From: Scenedesmus sp. PABB004
Lineage: Eukaryota
Direction: 5' to 3'
Assembly: GCA_014905635.1 (NCBI GenBank)
Contig: JABVCE010000032.1
Location: 186,001-250,000 of the forward strand
Length of the DNA: 64,000 bases
The translations under genes were made by a program, and so were the position numbers. Under the pieces are notes generated by a model. That model had not been told where the DNA came from, did not search any database, and saw only the letters and a program-made list of their open reading frames with translations. The number at the start of each line of letters is the position of its first letter. Position 1 is the first letter of the stretch. This document shows positions 1 to 10,418 of the stretch, piece after piece.

Positions 1-71
1 GCGGCGGGCTGGTCAGCGGCGCGCACAGCACTCGTCGCGCGTGGGGGCGAGCCGTCCAATTCCCGAGGCGT

Positions 72-93
72 CCGCACGGTGCGCACCGTGCGG
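72..93. repeat. Perfect 22-bp palindrome
   Basis: CCGCACGGTGC|GCACCGTGCGG, about 65 bp upstream of the low-GC ORF at 159. Confidence 0.9.
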
Positions 94-158
94 CGCTCCT
101 GGAGCCAGCCCCACAGCAGCAGGCGGCCGGCGTCGTCCCGCATGAGGTTTGGCGCGTT

Positions 159-743
159 ATGGCTGAAACGGCGTCTAGCATACAGTTTGATTGTGTGCAC
201 CAATGGATTATCGTCTATGATGCAAAGGCGCTGCAAGACGTTGTCCCCGCATTCCCCGACAACCCCAAAGTATTGGAAGTGTTTCACACGTCGCCTGGAA
301 TCTCAGGAAACCCGCAGCGGAACCGTGCGCTGCAGTTGATCAAAGGCGGCATGGTGTACTTTCTTGATGATGACAACGCCATGCACCCAAGCTTTTGGGA
401 GTGGCTTCCTAAAGCCACTGCAGGTCATGTGTACACGTTTGACCAGTTACGTGGCGGTGAGCCCCTGCTTTTGAAGGGCAGCAATCCACGACCTAATTGC
501 ATTGACACCGCCCAGTTTCTGATCGACCGTGACCTAATCGGCAATACGACTTGGGAGATCAATAACTACGGCGCAGACGGGCCTTTCATCTCACAAATTG
601 TCCACAACCACAAAGCGCAGCATGTTTACGTTCCAAAAGTCCTGTCATTCCACAACTATGTCAAGTTAAAGTTAGCTGGGCAGAGCTGGACGAAGCTTGG
701 GACATGGAATCACTCAACAGCTCGCGGAGTGTGGCCATGCTGA
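159..743 (+). CDS. Intronless low-GC GT-A fold glycosyltransferase, GT43-like, probably N-terminally truncated
   Basis: Motifs WIIVYD, GNPQRNRAL, VYFLDDDN (DxD) and IDTAQF resemble GT43 motifs (WIVVED / QRNxAL / YFADDDN / ID(M/W)A). No introns; abrupt GC drop; no N-terminal ITPT-type strand or TM segment. Confidence 0.65.
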   Translation: MAETASSIQFDCVHQWIIVYDAKALQDVVPAFPDNPKVLEVFHTSPGISGNPQRNRALQLIKGGMVYFLDDDNAMHPSFWEWLPKATAGHVYTFDQLRGGEPLLLKGSNPRPNCIDTAQFLIDRDLIGNTTWEINNYGADGPFISQIVHNHKAQHVYVPKVLSFHNYVKLKLAGQSWTKLGTWNHSTARGVWPC

Positions 744-774
744 CAAGAGCGGGCTCAGTGACGCGGGTTGGGGA

Positions 775-843
775 TGGTTAAACAAAAGGAGCGGGCGTGG
801 TTAAACAAAAGGAGCGGGCGTGGTTAAACAAAAGGAGCGGGCG
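775..843 (+). repeat. Perfect tandem repeat, 23 bp x3
   Basis: TGGTTAAACAAAAGGAGCGGGCG at 775, 798 and 821; no spacers. Confidence 0.95.
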
Positions 844-1000
844 TTCTTGCTGGCGCGATGTGGACTCCCCAGGCTCCGCTGCGCAATTGGCACCCTATGC
901 CTATGGCATTTAAAAAAGAACCCTAACATGAACCCGAGGGGCGTCTGCGCGCACAGCTGTGGCGGTAGCAAAGGCAGCCCGCCTTTCCCTCGCTCGCAGG

Positions 1001-1232
1001 GCCGCGTGCTCGACTTTGACTTTGACGGACGTCGTGGGCCAGCCGCGCGCCAGCTTTCGCTTTGCGGCCACCTTGCCCTCCACACCCCCCCCCCCACAAG
1101 GAAGGCCACAGGGGCTGCAAGGTGGGGCGGTGGCCGGGCTGCGCGGGGCGCGCAGGCAACGAGGGGCACGGCCTGCGGCTCACGCTGCGCACCTGCCTGC
1201 GCGACCGCCAGGTCACGCTCATCCACGAGTAC
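1001..1232 (+). pseudogene. Degenerate internal fragment of the Nudix gene (intron retained)
   Basis: Diverged match to about 52528-52747 (VLDFDVVG... intron ...VTLI.EY), with frameshifts. Confidence 0.8.
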
Positions 1233-1660
1233 GACGATTGAGTTCCCGCTTGCCTGCGGCATCACCGTGGCACGCCGGTGCGGCTGGGGACGTCGGCGGG
1301 CGAGCGCGCGAACTGCCAGCGCCTGCCACCAGCTCGCAGGCTGTTCACCAGCCCCCGCCGCTTTTCTGTTCCTGCATCCGCGGCGTCGCGGTGGACAGCG
1401 TGCCGAGCGTGAAGTCTCGACAAGGCCGACGCTCGTCGAGCTGCGCCTGGGGCTGCGGTGGTTGCACTGCGTGCCCCAGTGCCGCCGATGGCAGCCGCGC
1501 CCGGCACACGGCCTCGGCGCCTGCACACCCACGCCCGCAGGTGATCGATGTGTCGAGCGTCATCCACGGAACAGCGTGGTCCATGCCAACCAGAGCGACC
1601 TCATCGTGGATGCCGCTGAGCCACCTTCACGTGAGCGCCGCGCCGCGCCAGCCGTCGTCG
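1233..1660 (+). pseudogene. TGD2: Degenerate TGD2 fragment (middle exons plus introns) fused to the Nudix fragment
   Basis: TIEFPLACGITV...IRGVAV...NSVVHANQSDLI; matches the reverse complement of about 50600-51063. Confidence 0.8.
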
Positions 1661-1824
1661 GGCAAAGCTAAGGATTCCCATGCAGAGCGCCCAATGCGTG
1701 GGGTTTGCTGGTTTTAGTACATATCAAAAATAGGAGAAAGTTGTAAAAATCGATGTAAAACTGGCCACCTGCACAGTCTCAGCACACTGCCCAGTTGCAC
1801 AGCGTTCCGCTCATTTGCAACCGG

Positions 1825-2166
1825 ATGTCGAATAAACAGCCGGGCTCGCCGGCCAAAAAATCCAGGTCACGGCACAAACAGTATGCCCTGTGCTGGTCGT
1901 TTGTCACTATAATCGTTCTTTTCTCTCACAGATTTCAAAATCCGTCAAAAGTTTCAGTCGTCGTGCCACCTGGAGTTCCAGATGTCGACCCTGAGTTGAC
2001 GAGAGGCGCGAATTTTCAACCATCACCACCACTCACTTCTGTGAACAATCACAGCTTTGACCCAGGCATCACCTACCGCAGCTACTACTCCGACGACGCA
2101 GAGCGCCCGAATGTGTGCAGGCTGATTGGCAGCGGGCGCGCTCCGCCTGCCCTCGCGCCTGGGTGA
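1825..2166 (+). pseudogene. 5' fragment of a low-GC intronless type II membrane protein gene
   Basis: MSNKQPGSPAKKSRSRHKQ (basic), YALCWSFVTIIVLF (TM), then a Pro/Ser stem; low-GC sequence ends near 2100; AT-rich leader at 1710-1760. Confidence 0.55.
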
Positions 2167-2773
2167 ACGAGGCTGGGGCGGTGGCAGGCTGCACGTCTAA
2201 TGTGCCGCCCACACGACGACCCTGTCGTCGTGTGGGCGGCACCCAACGCCCTGCAGGAGGGCGTTGACGAGTTCTTTGAGGCCGTGCAGGCCTAAAAAAG
2301 GCGGCCGCTGAAGGAGGCCGCGCCGCTGCTGGAGGAGGCGGCGCAGCTCACCAAGGAGGTCACGCCCCTGCTGCAGGTCTGGTTGAGGGGAGGGGGGTGG
2401 GGCAAGCGAGGCGCGAGGCACGCGCTGGGCGCTCGCCGCCGCCGCTGCCGCCTGCAGCACGCCGCGCGCTTGCCTGTCTTGCACCCCCCCCCCTAAACAC
2501 AACCAGGAGCTGCGCGCGGGCGGGCTGGTCGCCAACCTGGACCACCTCACCGAGGCGGCGGCGGGCGCCGCGGCCGACATCCAGGCGCTGCAGAGCGCGG
2601 TGCTGACCGACGACAACGTGCGCGCGCTGCGCGCCGCGGTGCTGACGCTGTGCAAGACGCTGGAGCACGTGGAGAGCATCAGCGCCGACGTGAGCGTGTT
2701 CAGCCGCGACACGGGCGTGCAGCGCAACCTCAAGACGCTCATCACCGCGCTCAGCCGCATCATCGAGGAGTAA
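2160..2773 (+). pseudogene. TGD2: TGD2 3' fragment (last intron and exons) with a premature stop
   Basis: EGVDEFFEAVQA* ... ELRAGGLVANLDHL...LITALSRIIEE*; reverse complement of about 49783-50377. Confidence 0.85.
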
Positions 2774-2879
2774 GGGGGGGGGGGGGGGACTGGCGGTGGC
2801 GTCTGCGGGCGGGCGCCGCCGCCCGCCCGGGCGCCCGGCAATGCGCCGCGGGCCGGCGGTGGGCCAGGCTCCTCGCGCG

Positions 2880-3390
2880 ATGGCGGGCGCCGGCCGACAG
2901 CCAGCCGGCGGCGCAGCAACTCCACACTCGCGCAGCGCAGCGCAGGATGCTCCCCGCCACGCGCATCCACACCGCTGACGGCGTCACCGCCCCGCCGCCG
3001 CCCCGCAGCGGTCGCGCTGGCGGCGCGCCAGGACGAGGCGCTGGACGGCATGATGATGAATGAGCTGCAGCCCGTCAGCGACCCCGTGCCCAGGCGTGCG
3101 CACGCGACACGCGCCGCTGGGCCGCCACCGCGGCGCGGCGCCACTGCAGCCACCCGCGCCCGATCCCGCGGCGCGCGCACGTGCCCCACCACGCACCCGT
3201 GCCTCACCCGTGCCTCGCCCGCGCCGCCCACAGGCTGCTGGCCGAGGCGCTCGGCAGCGCGGGCGCGTACGGCGGCGCGCCCACCGCCATACCCACCACC
3301 ACCGCCCCGCCCGCCCAGAGCGGCGCGTCGGCCGCCTCCGCCGGCGTGCAGAGCCTGCTAGCGGCCGCGCTCGCGCTCGGGATGTTCTGA
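2880..3390 (+). pseudogene. Small intron-containing gene or remnant, possibly secreted/GPI-type
   Basis: Exons VALAARQDEALDGMMMNELQPVSDPVPR and LLAEALGSAGAY...PTTTAPP...SLLAAALALGMF*; further copies at about 11410-11800 (-) and 13008-13095 (-). Confidence 0.4.
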
Positions 3391-3836
3391 GCGGCGCCTA
3401 CCTCCAGGGGGTGCCGAGCGCGGGTGCGCGCTGGGCGGCCAGCCGCCGCGCACAGCGGCGCGCAGCACGTGCGCCGCCGCTGGCCCGGCCAGTGCGCCCG
3501 CAGCTCGGCCGCCCGCCGTGCGGCGCAGTCGCTGCGCGGCGCGCGGTTGTGCTGGCGTGTGTCGGCCCGCCCCCCTGACCATTGGCCGGCGTCACGGCTC
3601 CGTGGCTGTGACCGAGGCGTGGGGCGGCCGAGGTCGGGCCGGGCGTCGGGGGCACTCTGCCTGGCTCTGTGCTGGCCCTGCGATTGATTGCCGCAGCAGC
3701 CCAGCGTGCGCCTCGCCACTGCGCGACAGGCCTGAATAATGTCTGTCGAATCGCACTGTGTGACCGGGTGACTCGACTCGCTCGACTCGCTCGCGCGCGC
3801 ACGCCGTCGACGCTCCCCCGCCCTTCACCCGAGAGC

Positions 3837-3970
3837 CCGCAGCGGGTCACGTCTTTGTTGCCTGCGCCTGCAGCTCCGCGCGGCTGTACCACACGATGCC
3901 CGCCATGCGATGTCGCGCACGCCAGCCCGGCGCCCTTTCAGCGACAGCTCGTCCCCGAACAGCACCCCAG
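3837..3970 (-). pseudogene. Copy of the 3' end of the nucleotide-sugar transporter gene
   Basis: Near-identical to 13103-13225 (LFGDELSLK...GIVWY). Confidence 0.8.
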
Positions 3971-4108
3971 CACGCGGCGGCTATCGCCTGCGCGGGGTTG
4001 GCCGCTACAATCGCCGCCACGATAACAAAACCCTGATCACCAGGTATTGAAAAAACGCAAAGGTATTAATAAAGCACTTTGGCACTTGTAATCACCAGAC
4101 CAACCGCT

Positions 4109-5092
4109 ATGGCGACACGTCCGTGCCGCGCTGTGTTCTTTGCAAGCAGCTTATGGCTTTTTTGCATGCTTGTTTTCTACTTTAATAACAATGAACGGAA
4201 AGTGCCTGAATCGAATGAAGCCGTTAACTTTACACAGCAGCGTCCACTGAAGCTGTACGAGCACCTATACCATCAACACTATGACGGCTTAATCAAAGCG
4301 CGGCAACTCGCCAAAGAGTTCTGCGCGGGGCCGCCACCGATAGCAAACACGCCCCATCACACGCACTGCCTGACGGGTGTGCTTGACAGCGAGTTGCTGT
4401 ACTTGCGCATAAGACATTTCCAGCCCAGCACAGTTGTCGAGGTGAGCTCTGCTCACGGGTACTCCACGCTGTGGATCCTTGTTGCGCTGGCTCACAACAA
4501 CAACGGGGGTGTCCTGCACAGCTATGACATTTTCCCCACCCCGTTTCCGCGGGTTTTGCCCGAGGCGCATCGGAAGCACTGGCAGTTTCACGAAGGGGAC
4601 ATGAAGGGGTCTTTTCAAGCTTCCCTTGTCAACACCCATGTCGACTACCTGCACATCGACACTTGCCACGAAGCGCCTTGCGTGCGTTGGTACTTGCGGA
4701 ACGTTCTGGAGTTTGTGGCTGCCAAGGTGACACCGACAAGGCCCACATACGTTTCGATGCACGACATCTACGAGACTTTCTACCAAATGGGCTCCAATGT
4801 GTCCAGCACAGCCGAGAAGGTCATGCCCATGCAGGAGGGCGTGCTGCTGTTTGAGTGGCTCGCTTACTCCGGGACAGCGCGGCACCTGCACAACTTTAAT
4901 CCGGGCGCGAGCACCATGGCTGACCAAATCCAAGCTGTTCGGACCAAGTTGCTCAAGGACGATGCCAACGACCTGTTGCGCATGCCGTGTCCATCCTGCC
5001 AGGGCTGGTCTGGTCGCGACCCAATATTTACCGTGTACTTTGAGCTGATGCCCCTTGAGGCAAACTGCTGCGACGATTGTATTGTCACTTGA
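4109..5092 (+). CDS. Intronless low-GC class I SAM-dependent methyltransferase (Methyltransf_24-like) with N-terminal signal anchor
   Basis: ATG 4109; TM AVFFASSLWLFCMLVFYF; motifs VVEVSSAHGYSTLWI, LHSYDI, FHEGD, VDYLHIDTCH, SMHD; AT-rich leader 4021-4100. Confidence 0.75.
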   Translation: MATRPCRAVFFASSLWLFCMLVFYFNNNERKVPESNEAVNFTQQRPLKLYEHLYHQHYDGLIKARQLAKEFCAGPPPIANTPHHTHCLTGVLDSELLYLRIRHFQPSTVVEVSSAHGYSTLWILVALAHNNNGGVLHSYDIFPTPFPRVLPEAHRKHWQFHEGDMKGSFQASLVNTHVDYLHIDTCHEAPCVRWYLRNVLEFVAAKVTPTRPTYVSMHDIYETFYQMGSNVSSTAEKVMPMQEGVLLFEWLAYSGTARHLHNFNPGASTMADQIQAVRTKLLKDDANDLLRMPCPSCQGWSGRDPIFTVYFELMPLEANCCDDCIVT

Positions 5093-5102
5093 GTAAAAGT
5101 GA

Positions 5103-6120
5103 GAGCACTCTGCCGCACCCAATCGAGCTCTCTGCCGCACCCAATCAAGCTCTCACGAGCAGCACCGCCGATCAACAACTGGGAGCTCGGAGACGCTGTC
5201 TGCGGCGCCCGAGCCGACCACGCCGCACCAGGCGCCCGCGCCGCCGCGCCGGCGCGCGCGGCGGGGGCCCGGCGGCGCCGGCGTAGCGTGCGCGCCGCCG
5301 CTGCGCGATGGGGCTGACGACCCCGACTCCAGCGGCGACGACAGGGACAGCCCGCCGAGCTGGGCGGCTGCGGATGAGGGCGCGCGCCAGCTCGAGGCGG
5401 TCGCGGCGCGCCTGCTCGCACAGTCCCGGCAGGCGATCCAGAGCGCGCAGCAGACGCTGCAGGAGACGGCGACCAACTGCCAGGCCAACCTGCAGAGCCT
5501 CGGCACGCTGCTGCAGGCGGTCAGCCTGCAGCAGACGGCGGCGGGCGAGGTCAGCCTGCAGACGGCGGCGGGCGAGCACGGCCTGCCGCGCAGCAGCAGC
5601 GGCGGCAGCCTGCAGCTCGCGCCCTGGCAGCAGCCGAGCGGCGGCGGCGGCGGCGAGCAGGCGGCGCCGTGGGACTTGGTGCCGCGCGCGTGGCGCGACG
5701 GCGACGAGCAGCAGCAGCCGCCGTCGGCGTCGGGCAGCAGCAACAGCCTGGTGCTCTTTGCGCGCAAGGCCAACGGCGGGCTGCTGCCGGAGCGGCCCGG
5801 CGGCAGCAGCGGCGAGAACGGCACGGGCGGCGAGGGTGGCGGCGGCGGGTACCAGCAGATGGCGGACTACCTGGACCTGCTGCACCGCCGACGGCCCGCC
5901 GCGCGCAGCCTGCGCGACCCGGGGCGCTCCGTGGCGATCGTCACGACCGCGAGCCTGCCCTGGATGACGGGCACGGCGGTCAACCCGCTGCTGCGCGCCG
6001 CGTACCTCGCTAACAACGAGGAGCGCCAGGTCACGCTGCTGCTGCCGCCGTGGTGCGCGCCGCGCCGAGCCGCCGTGCCCGCAGGCGCCAGCCGGCTCCG
6101 CACCTCCGTCTTGACACGCA

Positions 6121-6152
<32 letters not shown>

Positions 6153-8147
6153 AGGCTGTCGCGGCCGGACCAGCAGCTCGTCCTCCCCAACACCGTCACC
6201 TTTGACTCGCCGGCGGACCAGGAGGCGTTTGTGGGGGAGTGGGCGCAGAAGCGCACGGGGCTGGCGTGCGGCTTCAAGGTCCGCTTCTACCCCGGCCGCT
6301 ACGCGCCGGAGAAGGGTGCGGCGCGGCGCGGCGCGGCAGGCGTGTCGCGGCGCCCGCTGCAGGCCGCGCGCTCACGCGCGGCCGCCGCCGCCCGGTGCTG
6401 CAGGCAGCATCCTGCCCGTGGGCGACATCACGCAGTACATCCCCGATGCCGAGGCGGACGTTGCGGTGCTGGAGGAGCCGGAGCACCTCAACTGGTGCGC
6501 GCTCGCAGCGCCCGTCCAGCGCGTGCGCGGGCGTGCCGGCCCTCACTGAGCGCTGCCGCCGCGGCCGCCGCAGGTACCACCACGGGCGGCGCTGGACGGA
6601 CAAGTTCCAGCACGTCGTGGGCGTGATGCACACCAACTACCTCGACTACGCGCGCCGCGAGGAGCGGGGGCACATCAAGGAGGCGCTGCTGCGGTGCGGG
6701 CGCTCGCCACGCGGGGACGGCACCGCATGCACCCTGGCGCCGACGGCGCGCGCCGCGCCCCCGCCGCTGCGTGCAGGCACATCAACGCCTGGGTGTGCCG
6801 CATCTACTGCCATAAGGTCATCAAGCTCAGCGACGCGGTGCAGCCGCTGCCGCGCGAGGAGACCATGTTTGTGCACGGCGTCAGCCCCAACTTCCTGCGC
6901 GTCGGCGAGGCCAAGGCAGCGGCGGCGGCGCAGGGCGCGCGCGCGTGGTCCAAGGCGCGCGCCGGGGGCGCTGGGCGGGGCGGCGCGGGGCCGGGCCGGC
7001 TGGCGCGGCCTGACCGCGGACGTGGCCGGCTCGCCGGCGCAGGGCGCCTATTTTTTGGGCAAGGTGCTGTGGGCCAAGGGCTACACGGAGCTGCTGGAGC
7101 GCCTCAACGAGCACGCCGCGGCGACGGGCGACAACGTGGAGGTGGACGTCTACGGCGCCGGGCCCGACCTGCCGGTGCGCCGCCGCAGGGGCGCACCGTA
7201 GCCCCGCTCCGCAGCCCCGCGCCACCCGCCGACCCGTCGTTGCCGACCCGGCGCCGGCACGCACGCGCCCCTGCGCCGCCGCCGCCGCCGTGGCCCGCGC
7301 AGGCGGTGCAGCAGGAGGCGGCGTCGCGGCGGCTGAACCTGCACTTCAACGGCCCGCGCGACCACGCGGACGCGTCGCTCGCGGACTACAAGGTCTTCAT
7401 CAACCCCAGCCTCAGCGACGTCGTCGCGACGACCACCGCCGAGGCGCTGGCGATGGGCAAGTGGGTCGTGTGCGCGGAGCACCCCAGCAACGAGTTCTTC
7501 GCGCAGTTCCCAAACTGCCTCGTCTACAGGCGCGTTCTGAGCGCCCGCCGGCGCGCCGCCCGTCCCGCGCGCGGCGCCCGCCGCTCAACGCCGCCGCCGG
7601 CGCCCGCCGACGCCCCCCCCCCTTCAGGACGCCGGACGAGTTCAGCCGCTGCCTGCGGCACGCCATGGCGCGCGACCCCGCGCCGCTGTCGGCGGAGCAG
7701 CTGCACCGCCTGACGTGGGAGGACGCGACCGAGCGCTTCCTGCAGGTCGCCGAGCTGGGCCGGCCGCCGCAGCCGCAGGAGCAGCTGCTCGACAACCTGC
7801 TCGCGGCGGCGCACAGCGCGCTCACGGGCGTGGAGGGGCTGCGCGTGCTCGCGGGCGCGGGCGCGGGCACGCGCGACTCGCCCGCGAGCGTGACCGCCTA
7901 CACCCCGAGCGAGTCGGACGTGGGCGGATGGTTCGACGACGCGAGCCGCGCCAAGCGCGCCTACGGCGGCGGGGGCGCCGTCGGTGCCAGCGCGGCGGGC
8001 GAGCAGCCTCGGCGGCGGCAGGCGCAGCAGGCGCAGCAGCAGCAGCAGCAGCAACGGCAGCAGGCACCGCCGGGGCCAGCGCGAGCAGGGGCGGCCGCGC
8101 CCGCCGCGGCCGAGGCTGCGGGGCGGCAGGGCGCGCGGCAGCGCTGA
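5103..8147 (+). CDS. DGD1: Digalactosyldiacylglycerol synthase (GT4), multi-exon, 5' start codon apparently missing
   Basis: [85 protein letters not shown]; about 7 introns; frame open from 5103, first in-frame ATG at 5859. Confidence 0.9.
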
Positions 8148-8387
8148 GTGCACCGCGTGTGCGCCGTGTACCCTAGGGCGTGCACTCTTCATTGATCGCG
8201 TGCTCGCGCGAGCGGAGAGCGAGCGTAACTAGACGTCGCCGCTTGCGGCGGCGCGAGGGTGCGGCGGTTGAACTGCGCCGCCGCTGCCACTCGTTCTGGC
8301 TCTCCGCACGCCGCCCGCTCGCACCCCACACATTCCGGCCTCCGCCGCCGCGTGCGTGTGGCCACCCCGCACATCACCCCCGGCATC

Positions 8388-9712
8388 ATGCGCGCCCCGC
8401 TGCTCGCCGCGATTGGCCTCGCCCTCCTGGCGGCCCGCGCCGCGGCCGCCGACTCCGAGCGGTCCGCGGTCGAGGCGGAGCTCCGCCATGCGAAGGTGGG
8501 AGCGCGGCGGGCGGCCCTGGGGCGCGCCGGAGCACGCGGGCGGGCCCGCCGAGCGCGCGCCCCCCGCAGGCCGATCCGCGCGGCGCCTTCGCGGCCTGGG
8601 CGGCCCGCCACGGCAAGGCCTACGCCAACGATCTGCCGGTGCGCGCCGCGGCGGCGCGCGGGGGGCGCTGCGGGCGGCGGGGGCGGGCCATTTTGATGCG
8701 CTGTCTGCCCGCGTGCGCGCAGGAGGCGCGCTTCCCGGCCTGGGCCGACAACCTGGCGTTCGCCGAGGCCTACAACGCCCGCCACTCCTCGCACTGGGTG
8801 CGGGGACAGGGTAGCGGTGCTGGAGCGCCCCGCGCGCTCCGCTGCTGCCTCACGCGCGCGCCGCCGCCACCCTTTTCGCCGCGCGCAGCTCGGCCTCAAC
8901 TCGCTGGCTGACCTGAGCCACGAGGAGTACAAGGCCAAGTTCGGGCTGGGCGTCTCCAAGTTTGCGCGCCCGCCGGGCGCCGCGCGCAGCGGCGGCTTTG
9001 TCCACGGCGCGCTCGACCCCGCCACGCTGCCGCCCGCCGTCGACTGGCGCGCGCAGCGCGCCGTGGCGGAGGTCAAGAACCAGCAGCAGGTGCGCGCGGC
9101 GGTGATGGTGGCGCATCGTGCGCCGCGCCAAGCGCCGCCCCCGCGGCGCGCCGCCGACGGGGGCCACGCTGCGCCCCACGCAGTGCGGCTCGTGCTGGGC
9201 GTTCAGCACGACCGGCGCGGTGGAGGGCATCAACGCCATCGTCACGGGCGAGCTGGTGTCGCTGAGCGAGCAGGAGCTCGTGGACTGCGACGTCAAAAAG
9301 GACAAGGGTGCGGCCGCAGCAGCGCGCGCGCAGGGCGGCGGGCCGCTGGCTGCGCCGCCGGCTCGCCCGCCCGCGCCCGCCCGCGCCCGCCCGCGCCTGC
9401 CGACGCGCCTGCGCCTGCGTGCACCACCAGGCTGCTCGGGGGGGCTCATGGACTTTGCGTTTGAGTACATCGTCAAGGCCAAGGGCATCCACGCCGAGGC
9501 GGACTACCCCTACACCGGTGCGCGCGCGGCGCCCGCTCGGCCGTGCACACAGCCCCTTCCTCCACTCTTCCTCATCCCCGCGCCGCGCGGCGGCGCAGCG
9601 ACGGACGGCGGTGAGTGCCGCCGCGAGCAGCTCAACACGCGGCCGCTGGTGACGATCGACGGCTTTGAGGACGTCCCGCCGTACGACGAGGTCGCGCTCA
9701 AAAAGGCGGTCT
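8388..9712 (+). pseudogene. Papain-family (C1A) cysteine protease, 3'-truncated
   Basis: Signal peptide, I29 propeptide, LPPAVDWR, QCGSCWAFS, SLSEQELVDCD, GCSGGLMD; breaks after ALKKAVS, so the catalytic His/Asn half is absent. Confidence 0.9.
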
Positions 9713-9996
9713 CGCGGCCGGCCGCCGACGCCGTGGCGGTGAGGCGGCGCAGCCACTCGTCGCGGTCGCGCGCCTTCATGTTGAACGTGATTACGCTGCC
9801 GTACCTGGCGGTGCGGCGCGGCGCTGGAAGGAAGCTGGCGCGGGCTGGCGCAGATGCACCACCGCGCACGCGCCCCACACCTGTAGACGACCATGATCTG
9901 GCGCTCCCCCGGCCCGCCGCCGCCGCCCAGCAGCACCTTGTCCTCGTGCAGGCCGTCAAACTGGGGGCGGCGCGCGGGCTGAAGGGCTGAACCGCG
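9713..9996 (-). pseudogene. Internal fragment copy of the RMND1-like gene
   Basis: Matches about 32295-32587 ([12 protein letters not shown]...ERQIMVVY / YGSVITFNM), intron retained. Confidence 0.85.
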
Positions 9997-10418
9997 CCAG
10001 CAGCAGCGTCACCACCTAGGCGCCTAGCGAGGGCCAGCGCCTTCTGGCGGCAGTGCGGCCGGGTCGCGGCAGCACCGGCGACCGCTGCCCGGCTGCTGGG
10101 CACGCCTGGTGTGCGGCCAGGACGCGGCCTCGCGCGGCGCGAGCACGAGGCGCTGCGCCAGCGTCACCACCATCGCCTGCTGGCGCTCCGGCTGCTGCGC
10201 CGCGCCCGCGTCAGCCGCGCCGCCGCGCTTGGCCGCCCGCTGCTGGCGCCGAGCTCTGCAGCGAGAAAGGCCACCAGGCCTGTAGCAGCCGGCAGGTGAA
10301 CCCTAAACCCTTGACCAGTGTCGGAGGAATAAGGGCATTGGGCTCCTCTGGCGGCAGAGCGGCGGCGCATGGCGGCGGCGGGCTCATCGAGCCGGCACGA
10401 GGACATGCTGACCCGGCG

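Noticed and set aside
775..843. Possible CRISPR array
   Set aside because: Contiguous identical units with no spacers, no cas genes and a eukaryotic context
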